A stretch of DNA of 63,908 nt, filler included, from Octopus bimaculoides (taxonomy: Eukaryota), in the NCBI RefSeq assembly GCF_001194135.2. It is 4 parts of 4 records of this genome, joined end to end, with 100 filler letters (N's around TTAATTAATTAA, not from the genome) between each part and the next. Parts side by side here need not be neighbours in the genome. Positions count along the whole stretch, not along the records: positions 39,308 to 58,466 come from NC_068983.1; 3 more parts are not named here. The stretch is one strand, 5' to 3'. Under the pieces are notes generated by a model. The model made no database searches. It was given only the letters and a program-made list of their open reading frames with translations, and was not told the origin of the DNA. This document shows, piece after piece, positions 40,424 through 52,300 of this stretch. The position numbers and the translations under genes were made by a program. Position 1 is the stretch's first letter; each line of letters begins with the position of its first letter.

Positions 40424-41008
40424 AGACAAGAGAGCTAATAGACCGCTAAGTAAGGGGCGGGGGTAAAAGTAAGGGAATAGAGAAGTCTATAGGTTCGCGT
40501 AAGCGCACCAATCCGTACATTCGCCTATATTTATATACTAAACCACCCTCGCTTTAAACACATGCTCACCCACATACTCGCCAAAAACTATACATATATG
40601 TACATATGCATATATATACACACCCACACCCACACACACACAACTCCGCACCCATACACGCAAGCCAAAAAAATTTTATAGGGCTAAAAGCAAAAAAAAG
40701 TGTGGGGGAAGCTTTTCGTTTTTTGCTTCTAGTTCTATAAAAATTTTTTTTTCATGCATGTGTATGGGTGCGGGGTTGTTGTGTGCGTAAATGTGGGTGT
40801 GTATGCGTGTATATATATATGCATATGTACACATATATAGTTTTTGGCTAGTATGTGTGTGAGCATGTGTGTGTTTAAAGCGAGGGTGGTTTAGTATATA
40901 AATATAGATAAATGTACGCATTGGTGCGCTTACGCAAACCTACAGACTTCTCTACTCCCTTACTTTTATCACCGCCCCTTACTTAGCGGTCTATTAGCTC
41001 TTTTGTCT
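40424..41008. mobile_element. 585-bp almost fully palindromic MITE with TTA target duplication (PIF/Harbinger/Tourist-like)
   Basis: TTA|AGACAAGAGAGCTAATAGACCGCTAAGTAAGGGGCGG...CCGCCCCTTACTTAGCGGTCTATTAGCTCTTTTGTCT|TTA. Arms are ~270 bp. Confidence 0.85.
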
Positions 41009-41124
41009 TTATATATATCATATATATATTATCATATATAGCATATATGTATTATATATATTTATATAATCATATATGTATAACATATATATATATAAGT
41101 ATTATACATATATATATATATATA

Positions 41125-41462
41125 TATAAAATTTAATAAATGGAGTAATACGCATATGTTAAATGAATTGTGTTATTTCCGACATATGTTTCGAATGCCG
41201 ACGTACTGTCTCGTAGTGTTGCAACTCTCAACGGTTTTTTCAAATAACATATGTAGCAATCTTCTATACCCACACTTATCACATTCGGTTAAAATGTCTT
41301 ACGGTTAAGTTGGATCTTATGTATTTCCCTGAAGAGAAGATTACATCTTTATCAACATCACCTATTCCTTTGGAAGGGACCATTTGTAAACTTCGAAACA
41401 TATGTCGGAAATAAAAGAATTCATTTAACATACGCATATTACTCCATTTATTAAATTTTATA
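41125..41462 (+). mobile_element. Penelope-type pLTR with inverted partial copy (arms 41125-41195 and 41392-41462)
   Basis: 71-bp inverted arms with 4 mismatches. The right arm overlaps the 3' half of an HHR. Confidence 0.8.
41322..41413 (+). ncRNA. Type I hammerhead ribozyme with complete core and long stem II
   Basis: UAUUUCC-CUGAAGA-GAAG A UUACA...UGUAA A CUUC-GAAA-CAUAUG-UC^GGAAAUA. Stem I is 7/7 bp, stem III is the palindrome ACAUAUGU, and the triplet is GUC (cut after 41406). Confidence 0.9.
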
Positions 41463-41579
41463 TTTACTCAAATACCCCANNNNNNNNNNNNNNNNNNNNN
41501 NNNNNNNNNNNNNNNNNNNNNNNNNNNNNNNNNNNNNNNNNNNNNNNNNNNNNNNNNNNNNNNNNNNNNNNNNNNNNNN

Positions 41580-42985
41580 TACATAAAAGAAAATTGGAAA
41601 AGATTCCTGGACGACTGTTTCATACTCTGAATGAAAACATAGATAAACTCCTGAAATTCAAAAGACTATTGAACAGCGTCAACCCAAACATACAGTTCAC
41701 AATGGAATACAACCAAAAGGAGCTCCCATTCTTGGATATACTAATTAAAAAAATAAACCTAATTATAGAAACGGACATATTTTACGAAACCACAGACGCC
41801 GAACAGTATCTACTATTTGATTCACGGCACCCAAGACACACCAAAACAAACACCCGCTTCAACCTTGAAAGAAGGATATGCACAATAGTGTCAGAAAAAA
41901 ATACCAGAGACTTTAGATTGCAAGAACTCAAAAACACCCTGATTGACAGACACTACCCAGTTCAACTCATAAAGGATGGAATCAGACGTGCATCACAAAT
42001 CAACATAGAAAGCTTAAGCAAAGTTCAACACAGCAACACACCTTCCCCGAAAATACTGCCGTACATATCCACATACAATACTAGAAACAAAGAAGCCTTC
42101 ACTATCATGACCCAAACTTTACAAATAAACATAAGGAAATTTTACACACACATAAAATCTTTAAAAGCTACAAACAACCAAAATCACTTAAAAAGATCCT
42201 CACAAAGGCAAAATTATTTTCCAAAATAACAGATGCAAAAGTGAAAAAATGTGGTGGACCGAATTGCGCAACATGCCCAAACCTTCTAGAAGGATCAGAT
42301 TTCCTTTTCAAAGAGGGACAAAAATTCAAAATCAAATCTGATTTTACGTGTGCTTCAGAAAACCTGATTTATGTCATAAGATGCTCGGGCTGCCGCCAAA
42401 ACTACATAGGGTCCACGGGATTATCGTTCAGACACAGATGCACTCTGCATCAGCAGCAGATTGCATTCCCAGAATACCGAATGATACCCTTTAGTGACCA
42501 TATTGAGAAATGCGCAAAACAAATGCTACCACAATTTATTATCTTTCCATTCTATCAATGTGCCATTGGAACGCCAACACGAATTAGATTAAATAAGGAA
42601 ACCTTCTTCATTGAAAAATATAAGCCAAAGCTCAATCATTGCTAATACCTTTATATAAGGAAACTCACCTCATTGAAAAAAGATATAAAGCAAAACCTAA
42701 CCACTTGTAACATTCTATTCCTTCTAAACCAATGTTAAATTAATCAAAATCTCTCATCCCCAACATTTTTGATTATCTCCCTTATACCAGAAAAATCCCT
42801 GATTACCTCCCCCTATCTAGAACTCCATACTTTACACCATAGCGAAGACATATTATGATACAGGTAGAGAAATTCGAAAAGAAAATACGAAACCGGTTAT
42901 TTCTCCAAAAACAATGTTTCTATACTCAAAATTTTATAAAATGTTTCTAACATAACGATATAAATATATACTTTAACCATATAAC
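41580..42985 (+). mobile_element. Penelope-like element: RT C-terminus, GIY-YIG endonuclease and 3' UTR, frameshifted
   Basis: ELPFLDILI...TDIFYETT..QYLLFDSRHPRHTK, then KCGGPNCATC linker and NLIYVIRCSGCRQNYIGSTGLSFRHRCTLH...ETFFIEKYKPKLN. Confidence 0.92.
42867..42905 (+). ncRNA. Relic minimal hammerhead (core mutated) in the Penelope 3' UTR
   Basis: GAGAAAU-[UCGAAAA instead of CUGAAGA]-G AAAAUA C-GAAA-CCGG-UU-AUUUCUC. Stem I is 7/7 bp and stem III is palindromic, but the core has 3 mismatches. Confidence 0.55.
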
Positions 42986-43957
42986 NNNNNNNNNNNNNNN
43001 NNNNNNNNNNNNNNNNNNNNNNNNNNNNNNNNNNNNNNNNNNNNNNNNNNNNNNNNNNNNNNNNNNNNNNNNNNNNNNNNNNNNNNNNNNNNNNNNNNNN
43101 NNNNNNNNNNNNNNNNNNNNNNNNNNNNNNNNNNNNNNNNNNNNNNNNNNNNNNNNNNNNNNNNNNNNNNNNNNNNNNNNNNNNNNNNNNNNNNNNNNNN
43201 NNNNNNNNNNNNNNNNNNNNNNNNNNNNNNNNNNNNNNNNNNNNNNNNNNNNNNNNNNNNNNNNNNNNNNNNNNNNNNNNNNNNNNNNNNNNNNNNNNNN
43301 NNNNNNNNNNNNNNNNNNNNNNNNNNNNNNNNNNNNNNNNNNNNNNNNNNNNNNNNNNNNNNNNNNNNNNNNNNNNNNNNNNNNNNNNNNNNNNNNNNNN
43401 NNNNNNNNNNNNNNNNNNNNNNNNNNNNNNNNNNNNNNNNNNNNNNNNNNNNNNNNNNNNNNNNNNNNNNNNNNNNNNNNNNNNNNNNNNNNNNNNNNNN
43501 NNNNNNNNNNNNNNNNNNNNNNNNNNNNNNNNNNNNNNNNNNNNNNNNNNNNNNNNNNNNNNNNNNNNNNNNNNNNNNNNNNNNNNNNNNNNNNNNNNNN
43601 NNNNNNNNNNNNNNNNNNNNNNNNNNNNNNNNNNNNNNNNNNNNNNNNNNNNNNNNNNNNNNNNNNNNNNNNNNNNNNNNNNNNNNNNNNNNNNNNNNNN
43701 NNNNNNNNNNNNNNNNNNNNNNNNNNNNNNNNNNNNNNNNNNNNNNNNNNNNNNNNNNNNNNNNNNNNTGTATGTATGTATATATATATATGTATGTATG
43801 TATATATATATATGTATGTATGTATATATATATATGTATGTATATATATATGTATGTATGTATATACATATATGTATGTATGTATATATATATATGTATG
43901 TATGTATATATATATATGCATGTATATATATATATATATGCATATATATATGTATGC

Positions 43958-43992
<35 letters not shown>

Positions 43993-44531
43993 AGGCAAAG
44001 AAGAAAATGGAGAAGATAATTAATCGACAAACATCAGCCTGTAAACATCAATTGGATCTATTCATGAATTACAATCATATGTATAAATACATAAATAGAT
44101 AAATAAATAAATAATAAATGAGTGAATACCCATTATTCAATTGCGCTATTGCGTTACAACAGTAGCTATATGTACGTGTCACATGTCAATGTCACCAGCC
44201 CCCTTCCACATGCACATACACGCTCTCACATACACACACACGCGCACCTTCATTTTGGGATTATCACTACTATATTGTATCTCCTTCCTCGTATCTCCTC
44301 TTCTTCCTAACTCTCCTGTGTGACCCCTCTGTCCGGCATTCACCATGATAGATCCCTAGCCACTAAACCTTTTTTCTATTTTCTCTCCCTATTTATTTCT
44401 GTGTTCCTTCCTGTTGAAGAGCGTAGGCTCAAAATGTAAAAGACTTTCTAACTTCCCAAACATCAAACTAATACATCTGTTTGTTGTTTACACACCCGTC
44501 TTCGTCTTTTGTTTTTTTTTGTAAATTCACA

Positions 44532-44574
<43 letters not shown>

Positions 44575-44619
44575 CAAACACACACACGCACACACATATG
44601 TATATATGTATNNNNNNNN

Positions 44620-46108
44620 NNACTCTGCTAGCCAGATTGATTTCATCATCACCAGACAGCGAGATGCAAGGTTGCTCTTAAATACAAAGTCTCTCCCAGG
44701 TGAAAAATGTACCCACTAGTATAGACTAATTACTAATGACTTTAGACTTGAGGCCAGAAGATGCCAAGAAGCAGACCATTCCAGAAAAGAAGGATTTGGA
44801 AGCTAAAGAAGCCTTCAAATAGTCACAGATTTAGGGACATCCTCATTAAGAAATTTGATGAGAGGGAAGAGGAGGTAGAGACTTCAGGCATAGAGGGTAA
44901 CTGGAAATTCATATGGGACAGCTTACTGAGCACCACAGAGCAAATCTACAGCCAGTGCAAAGTCCCTTTCAGATTTAGAGTAATATGGTGGTGGAATAAC
45001 ACGGTAGACAAGGTCATTAGAGCAAAGAAACAGGCCTGGAAAACCTGGAAGTGTGGGGGTAGCAAGGAACTGTACCTGATAGCCAGAAGGGAGGCTGGGC
45101 GACACAGCCAAGGGAGAAGCAGAAAAGAAGAAATTTGCCAATGTTCAGTGACATGAGGACCAAAGAACTGAAGTATTTTGGATTGCAAGATAGTGTGTGA
45201 GAGAAAATTGTGATGTTACAGGAGAGAAATGTGTCTGCATGGATGATGGTGCACTTGCTTTTAGTGATTCTGCAAATAAAGTGGCTTGGAGAAGCCATTA
45301 TGAAAGGCTGCTGAATGTGGAGAATGAATGGGAGGAGGAGAGCCTGCCAAATGTTGACACTGTAGAGGGACTAGCTACCCGAATAGATAGCACTCTGGTG
45401 GATAAAGCAATTAAGGATATGAAGTCAGGAAAAGCTCCTGGCCCATCAGGAATCACTACTGAGATGCTTAAAACATCTGGTGGTGCGGATTATGGTCTAA
45501 TCACCCATATTGTAAAGCAGCTAGTTCACAAAGGAGTCATACCCAACGAATGGCGTAGCAACACCATAGTCAACTGCTACAAAGGTAAAGGTGATGCTTT
45601 AGATAGAAATAACTACAGGGGTATCAAACTGCTGGATCAGGTGATGAAAGTCATGGAGAGGGTCATAGCCCAATCAATTAGGGAGAGAGTCCACTTAGAT
45701 GAAATGCAGTTCGATTTTGTGCCAGGTAGAAGCACCACTGATGTTATATTCCTGGTAAGGCAACTGCAGGAGAAATACCTAGCCAAAGATAAACCCCTAT
45801 ACTTGGCTTTTGTTGACTTGGAGAAAGCCTTTGACAGGGTCTCCTGCTCCCTTATCTGGGGGAGTGATGCAGAAACGGGATTGACGAGTGGTTAATAAGA
45901 GAGGTACAGGCCCTGTACAGGGACGCCGTTAGTAAGGTAAGGGTCGGCAATGAGTATAGTGAAGAATTCCAGGTAGAAGTAGGGGTTTACCAAGGATCAG
46001 CCCTCAGCCCCCTCTTATTCATCGTAGTCCTCTAGGCAATATCAGGAATTCAAGACATATTTGGAGCTCCTCTATGCTGATGACCTTGCTCTCATAGTGA
46101 AATCACTA
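44620..46108 (+). mobile_element. RTE LINE ORF2 fragment (end of EN/linker and RT to YADD), pseudogenised
   Basis: YKGKGDALDRNNYRGIKLL, QFDFVPGRSTTD, LAFVDLEKAFDRV, QGSALSPLLF and LLYADDLAL, with frameshifts. Confidence 0.95.
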
Positions 46109-46109
46109 T

Positions 46110-47365
46110 TGACATTAATTCTACCTCTATTAACCAGGAAACAAAATCAAGTCATAACGATATTAACAATATTAATTTTATTTCGAATAACAACACCAAA
46201 TTGAGTAATGTAATTCTGCAGTGTAAGGGAGATAACTGTTATTTAAGACCCTTTTTTGTTATAAAGGTACATCAAGGACTTTAATGATAATTACCCTAAT
46301 AACAAGGTATGTCTTAGCAAAACTGTTTGGTTAATAATTCCATGTGGTAAGCAGATCAAATCCAACCTCCCTTTCCAGTTTCGTGAAGCTATCGAAAAGA
46401 ATTTCCCAAGAAATTCAAGATACTATTCGATTATTAATTCAGATCAAATCAGGATAGGGTTTTCTAACACAAAAAAATCTTTCACAAATCATCTCTTCGC
46501 ATTATAAGTTGTTAAATACAAATCCACTTAATGCAAATAGTAACATTGATTTTGTTAACACTAACCATTCTTTAAATAATAATAATAGCAGCAGTGTTAG
46601 TGTTTCTGATGTTGATTCCAATCGCATTTGTTTGCTTAGAAACTCTATTTATCAATGTAATATTACTTCCAGTTCTGATGTCTTTTTTTTATATAGGTAG
46701 TTCTTCATCTCAGTTGTCCAAAAGAATATCTGATCATTACTCTGCATTTAGACATATCAATAAATGTAACAATACTGGGCTTATTAAATTAATTTGGTAT
46801 CTAAAGGATCATAATAAACAATTTGATTTGGAATGGAATATTCTATCTATATCTTTTCTTTATGATAAAGGTAAATCTTTTTGTCCACTTTGTAACAATG
46901 AAATGTATTTCATCATGTTCTCAGAGAATCCTCTTGTAAACATATTTATAGAATGTGTTCATCATTGCAAACATTGGCAAAAACATACCTTTATTTCCTA
47001 TAAGTGATTTCTACCATTCTATAAAATTCGACTTTTGACTGTCTTCTTACATTTCACTTACACTAAATATATCTACTCCCAAGCCTTTAAGCTTTATTCC
47101 TATTTAGCTATCACTCTATATCTCTCTACCATTAGTTAAGTTTTCTGCTAATTTCTTTCTTTCTCCTCCTTCTCTTTCTATAAACTACCTTTGACGTTAT
47201 ATCTACTAACGGATTTTTTAAAAAGCAACTTGCTAGCGTTCCCTTCATCATATACACAGTCATCATATTTTTTTAAAATCTCTTATTGATGTGTTTGGTT
47301 TCTTTCTTTCTCTGATGAGAAGATTGCATTGTTTTACACCATTTTATTCCTTCTGGAATAATACC
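46110..47365 (+). mobile_element. Second Penelope-like element (Neptune/Naiad-like GIY-YIG type), decayed
   Basis: IKSNLPFQFREAIEKNFP...IRIGFS linker, then FYIGSSSSQLSKRISDHYSAF...LIWYLK...WNIL...CPLCNNE...CKH. Confidence 0.82.
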
Positions 47366-48429
47366 AATGTGGTCTGAGTGGCAGAAGTAAAAGAATTTGA
47401 ATAACACCTGCATATAGCTCCATATATATATNNNNNNNNNNNNNNNNNNNNNNNNNNNNNNNNNNNNNNNNNNNNNNNNNNNNNNNNNNNNNNNNNNNNN
47501 NNNNNNNNNNNNNNNNNNNNNNNNNNNNNNNNNNNNNNNNNNNNNNNNNNNNNNNNNNNNNNNNNNNNNNNNNNNNNNNNNNNNNNNNNNNNNNNNNNNN
47601 NNNNNNNNNNNNNNNNNNNNNNNNNNNNNNNNNNNNNNNNNNNNNNNNNNNNNNNNNNNNNNNNNNNNNNNNNNNNNNNNNNNNNNNNNNNNNNNNNNNN
47701 NNNNNNNNNNNNNNNNNNNNNNNNNNNNNNNNNNNNNNNNNNNNNNNNNNNNNNNNNNNNNNNNNNNNNNNNNNNNNNNNNNNNNNNNNNNNNNNNNNNN
47801 NNNNNNNNNNNNNNNNNNNNNNNNNNNNNNNNNNNNNNNNNNNNNNNNNNNNNNNNNNNNNNNNNNNNNNNNNNNNNNNNNNNNNNNNNNNNNNNNNNNN
47901 NNNNNNNNNNNNNNNNNNNNNNNNNNNNNNNNNNNNNNNNNNNNNNNNNNNNNNNNNNNNNNNNNNNNNNNNNNNNNNNNNNNNNNNNNNNNNNNNNNNN
48001 NNNNNNNNNNNNNNNNNNNNNNNNNNNNNNNNNNNNNNNNNNNNNNNNNNNNNNNNNNNNNNNNNNNNNNNNNNNNNNNNNNNNNNNNNNNNNNNNNNNN
48101 NNNNNNNNNNNNNNNNNNNNNNNNNNNNNNNNNNNNNNNNNNNNNNNNNNNNNNNNNNNNATATATATATATATAAAAGGTAAAATAATCCCTGCTTAAA
48201 AGTGGATGTTGTATTAGAAAACACAAATACTGTGATATTTACCAAGAGAGAAAACACTCATATGGTTATATGGTGCATAAAACGCTTGTAGCAGGCAATC
48301 ACTGCTACTTCTGCCACTCAAACTATCAGATTACATGATTTCAGCCTGATTTGACCTTATCAATGATAGACACCAAATGGCTGAAAATAGCAGCAACTGC
48401 CCTGCTAGTGATATACATAGAAATACAGA

Positions 48430-49575
48430 GTCAAAAGAATTGACGAGAAAGAGTGAACAATTATCAAAGAGAAAGTAAGAAAGCAGAAAGACATTCTTAT
48501 GAGATTAGTAGATATCAAATTTCTGGTAAAACAAAAGTGGGTCTTAAGAGACTTCATGAAGGACTGGAGAACAGAACTGAAACTGGACATAATGATTCCA
48601 AAACCAGAGGGCATTTGTGTGTGGCAGTGGAATTCTTTTCAAAATATAACCTCTGTTTTGAAAGAACAACTCTTTTGAACTAAGATGAGTGACACAAGAA
48701 TGTCCTTCTGCTTTCTTATTCTCTCTTTGATAATTGTCTGCTCTTTCTTCTCAGTTGTTTCCATTTGGTAAAATTTGACTTCAGTTTCTATCTGTTGTGC
48801 AAACACCATGCAATGTACTTGACTTGGTTCATGCTCTTTAATTTTGGGAATTGAACCTCCAATAGCTGATCAATTCATCATCATATGTGAAACATGATTT
48901 CTTTCATTGTGCAAATAACAAACAACAAAAGCAATACAATAAATTATTAGAAGGAAAATAAATCCTCCATGTCCTAATCAGGTTTTCTTCATTCCATAAA
49001 ATCACAAAATATCTACCTCATTCCTCCTTTACATCTTTTAACCAAAGTGTTATCATTTCTTGTCACCTTCACCTCAGAAAAATCCCTATTCAGATCCTGA
49101 ACAATGGAGCTACTTTGTTGGACTAAGACCATAAATGAATCATCACTTATAATTTCTGGCCACAAACCTGCATCTTTCAAGTTCATCTGCTGAGGTTTTG
49201 TCTAAACCGTTTTTCTTATCATTATGAACAGACCCATCTTTATGTTTGTCATCTGAAATAGATGATGAAAAGATTGGAATTGTTTTCTTTTTAACCGAAT
49301 CATTGTGAAGGGTTTGATGACATTGAAGGTTCTCTGATGGACCCTATTATCACTTTGAGCAATTCAAAAGTTTGTCATCATCTTGATTAACATCTTTCAC
49401 ATTCACAAATATAGTGCATCATCTTTTCATTGTGGAGTTCCATGTTTATTTTAATTTCCTTTTCCAACAATTTACTTCAACAAAGACCCTTCATTCTGCT
49501 TTAGTAATTCATCCTTTTCTCTCTTTCTCTTCTGATATGAAGCTCCTCTTTATCTAGTTCGTATTTGCTTCATCT
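48430..49575 (-). pseudogene. hAT (Tip100/ZMYM1-like) transposase fossil with an inverted piece
   Basis: Minus strand: GLWPEIISDD, NNLLYCFCCLLF, IKEHEPSQVH, EQTIIKERIRKQKDIL. Plus strand 48440-48685: TIIKEKVRKQKDILMRLVDIKFL...VAVEFFSKY. Confidence 0.7.
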
Positions 49576-51809
49576 TTGGGTAGAAGTAAACATTTAAAAA
49601 ATACTAAAAATATCACAAAAATAATACACAAAAAGAATATATTGCTGGGAAAAGGGGTCTTGTTCCCATATATTTTATACTATGTTGTATCTTGATGCCA
49701 ATCTTGGTCAAAATTAAAAAACTTGGTTACCCTGTGTTGTCTGCACACCTTGTGCCACATTACTACACAGAGACATTCTCAGCCATTTGACTGATTAGAG
49801 CCAGTTTTGCTTATCCTTTCAGATGTTACTATTTACCTCTCCCACTTATTCCTATTTTCTTTCTCTCACTTCTCTCTTTCAGGTAAACCATAACATTATA
49901 TTAACGTCAAGCTGCAACAACTGATGATTAAACACATATAGCTAACGCACATGAATTAATTCTACACATGATGAGTTCTCTATATCCCAGCTGATGTGTT
50001 CAGGTTTTTAATATTAGTAAATAAAAATTTTATTATATTTTTTAAATTAATGTTTGTAAATAAATTTAAAAAATGATAGCAAGCTGGTGGAATCATTAGT
50101 GTGCAGAGCAAGATGCTTAGCTGCATTCCATCCATCTTCATGACCTGAGTTCAAATTGCACTGTGGTCAGCTTTGCTTTTCGTGCTTTCAGAGTTGATAA
50201 AATAAGTACCAGTGGAGTCATTGCAATTGACTTACCCCCTCCCAATAATTGCTGGCCTTGTGCCAAAAATTGAAATTGATTAGTAAATAAAAATATTATT
50301 TTTTTCCTAATATTTGTAAATAAATATAAAAAGATGGCAACCTGATAGAATTGTTNNNNNNNNNNNNNNNNNNNNNNNNNNNNNNNNNNNNNNNNNNNNN
50401 NNNNNNNNNNNNNNNNNNNNNNNNNNNNNNNNNNNNNNNNNNNNNNNNNNNNNNNNNNNNNNNNNNNNNNNNNNNNNNNNNNNNNNNNNNNNNNNNNNNN
50501 NNNNNNNNNNNNNNNNNNNNNNNNNNNNNNNNNNNNNNNNNNNNNNNNNNNNNNNNNNNNNNNNNNNNNNNNNNNNNNNNNNNNNNNNNNNNNNNNNNNN
50601 NNNNNNNNNNNNNNNNNNNNNNNNNNNNNNNNNNNNNNNNNNNNNNNNNNNNNNNNNNNNNNNNNNNNNNNNNNNNNNNNNNNNNNNNNNNNNNNNNNNN
50701 NNNNNNNNNNNNNNNNNNNNNNNNNNNNNNNNNNNNNNNNNNNNNNNNNNNNNNNNNNNNNNNNNNNNNNNNNNNNNNNNNNNNNNNNNNNNNNNNNNNN
50801 NNNNNNNNNNNNNNNNNNNNNNNNNNNNNNNNNNNNNNNNNNNNTCCTTCATTTACTATTTCAAACATTCATCTCAACTACATTTATAATTTACCAAAGA
50901 CCTAACAGGAACCGAAAAACACAAACTAATTTGGTTTGAATTTAAATGGCGGTAAAAAAAAAAAACAACTCCAAAAATTCTTATTTCTTTGTTGCACTGT
51001 GATTGATTGTTGAGAGAAAGGCCTGCAAATAAATTCAACAATAGTAGTTCAATGGGAAACAAATCTGATAGAACATGGTTTTATGTTGGTAAATTCTACT
51101 GCAGTTAGTAAAAATCCTTGCAGGAAGTAAAACAAAACTAGTAGGCATTTGATCCTGTGACAAATATTTAATGTTTTTGTTTTACAGTGTATCAAATATT
51201 TGAAGCTATTTCAGTTTTTAATATTCTTCTCAGTTGGGAGCAAGTCAGACACACAGTGATGTGACTACACACATAGCAAAACTAAATGTGTAGTGAAGTA
51301 GGTAAACACTTAATGCTGTAGCTAAAGACATAGTGATGTAACCAAACACATTGTGAAATAGCTAAGCATATAGGAAAGGTAAATTTGTAGTATTGTAGCT
51401 AAACACATAGTGAAGTCAGTAAACACACACTATAGGTAGTAGGTAAATATTTAGACATCTGAATCAGTCAATGTTTGTAAAATTATCTTTAAAAACTATA
51501 TTGTTGCCATGACAACATATCAGTGAGAACATAATGTGGGTGTCCTAAAGCAGTCTCCCTAAGGTTCACTGAAGAAACAAGAATGGAAATAAATTTTTGT
51601 ATGAATTAACCTTAAAACTAAAATGAAGAAAATTTCATTTTTGGTTGTGTTATGTTCTTTAAATGCTGGATTATTATAATGCCACTTCAATATACAGTAT
51701 ATTTAGTAAAATCAAGAAAGACACGACTATCTCTTTTTTTTTTTTATTATTATGAGCACATGGCTCTACAAAAGAAGGGACAATACAAGGACAGACAACA
51801 TAACATAGT

Positions 51810-52030
51810 CATCATCGTCATCATCATCGTTTAACGTCTGCATTCCATGCTAGCATGGGTTGGACGATTTGACTGAGGACTGGTGAATCAGGTGGCTACA
51901 CCAGGCTCCAATCTGATTTGGCAGAGTTTCTACAGCTGGATGCCCTTCCTAACACCAACCACTCCGAGAGTGTAGTGGGTGCTTTTACGTGCCACCAGCA
52001 CGAAGGCTAGTCAGGCGGTACTGGCAACAA
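51810..52030 (-). mobile_element. Young RTE-tail SINE (near-identical copy 58567-58800 +; older copies ~32680-33440 and ~37797-38130)
   Basis: Shared body gtaaaagcacccactacactc...ggaagggcatccagctgtagaaactctgcc and tail acccatgctagcatggaa...acgttaaacgatgatg. Confidence 0.85.
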
Positions 52031-52300
52031 TGAATGGAATTATGAATATAATGATATAATGAAAAATGAAATGTCTTACTTGCACCCCACATGCAGGCAA
52101 TGTCATTTAACTGTTTATGTATCACATTAACTTNNNNNNNNNNNNNNNNNNNNNNNNNNNNNNNNNNNNNNNNNNNNNNNNNNNNNNNNNNNNNNNNNNN
52201 NNNNNNNNNNNNNNNNNNNNNNNNNNNNNNNNNNNNNNNNNNNNNNNNNNNNNNNNNNNNNNNNNNNNNNNNNNNNNNNNNNNNNNNNNNNNNNNNNNNN

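Noticed and set aside
47300-47365. CUGAUGA-GAAG start of an HHR in the second Penelope 3' UTR
   Set aside because: The 3' half (CUUC-GAAA-stem III) is absent and replaced by other sequence, so it is counted only as a relic.
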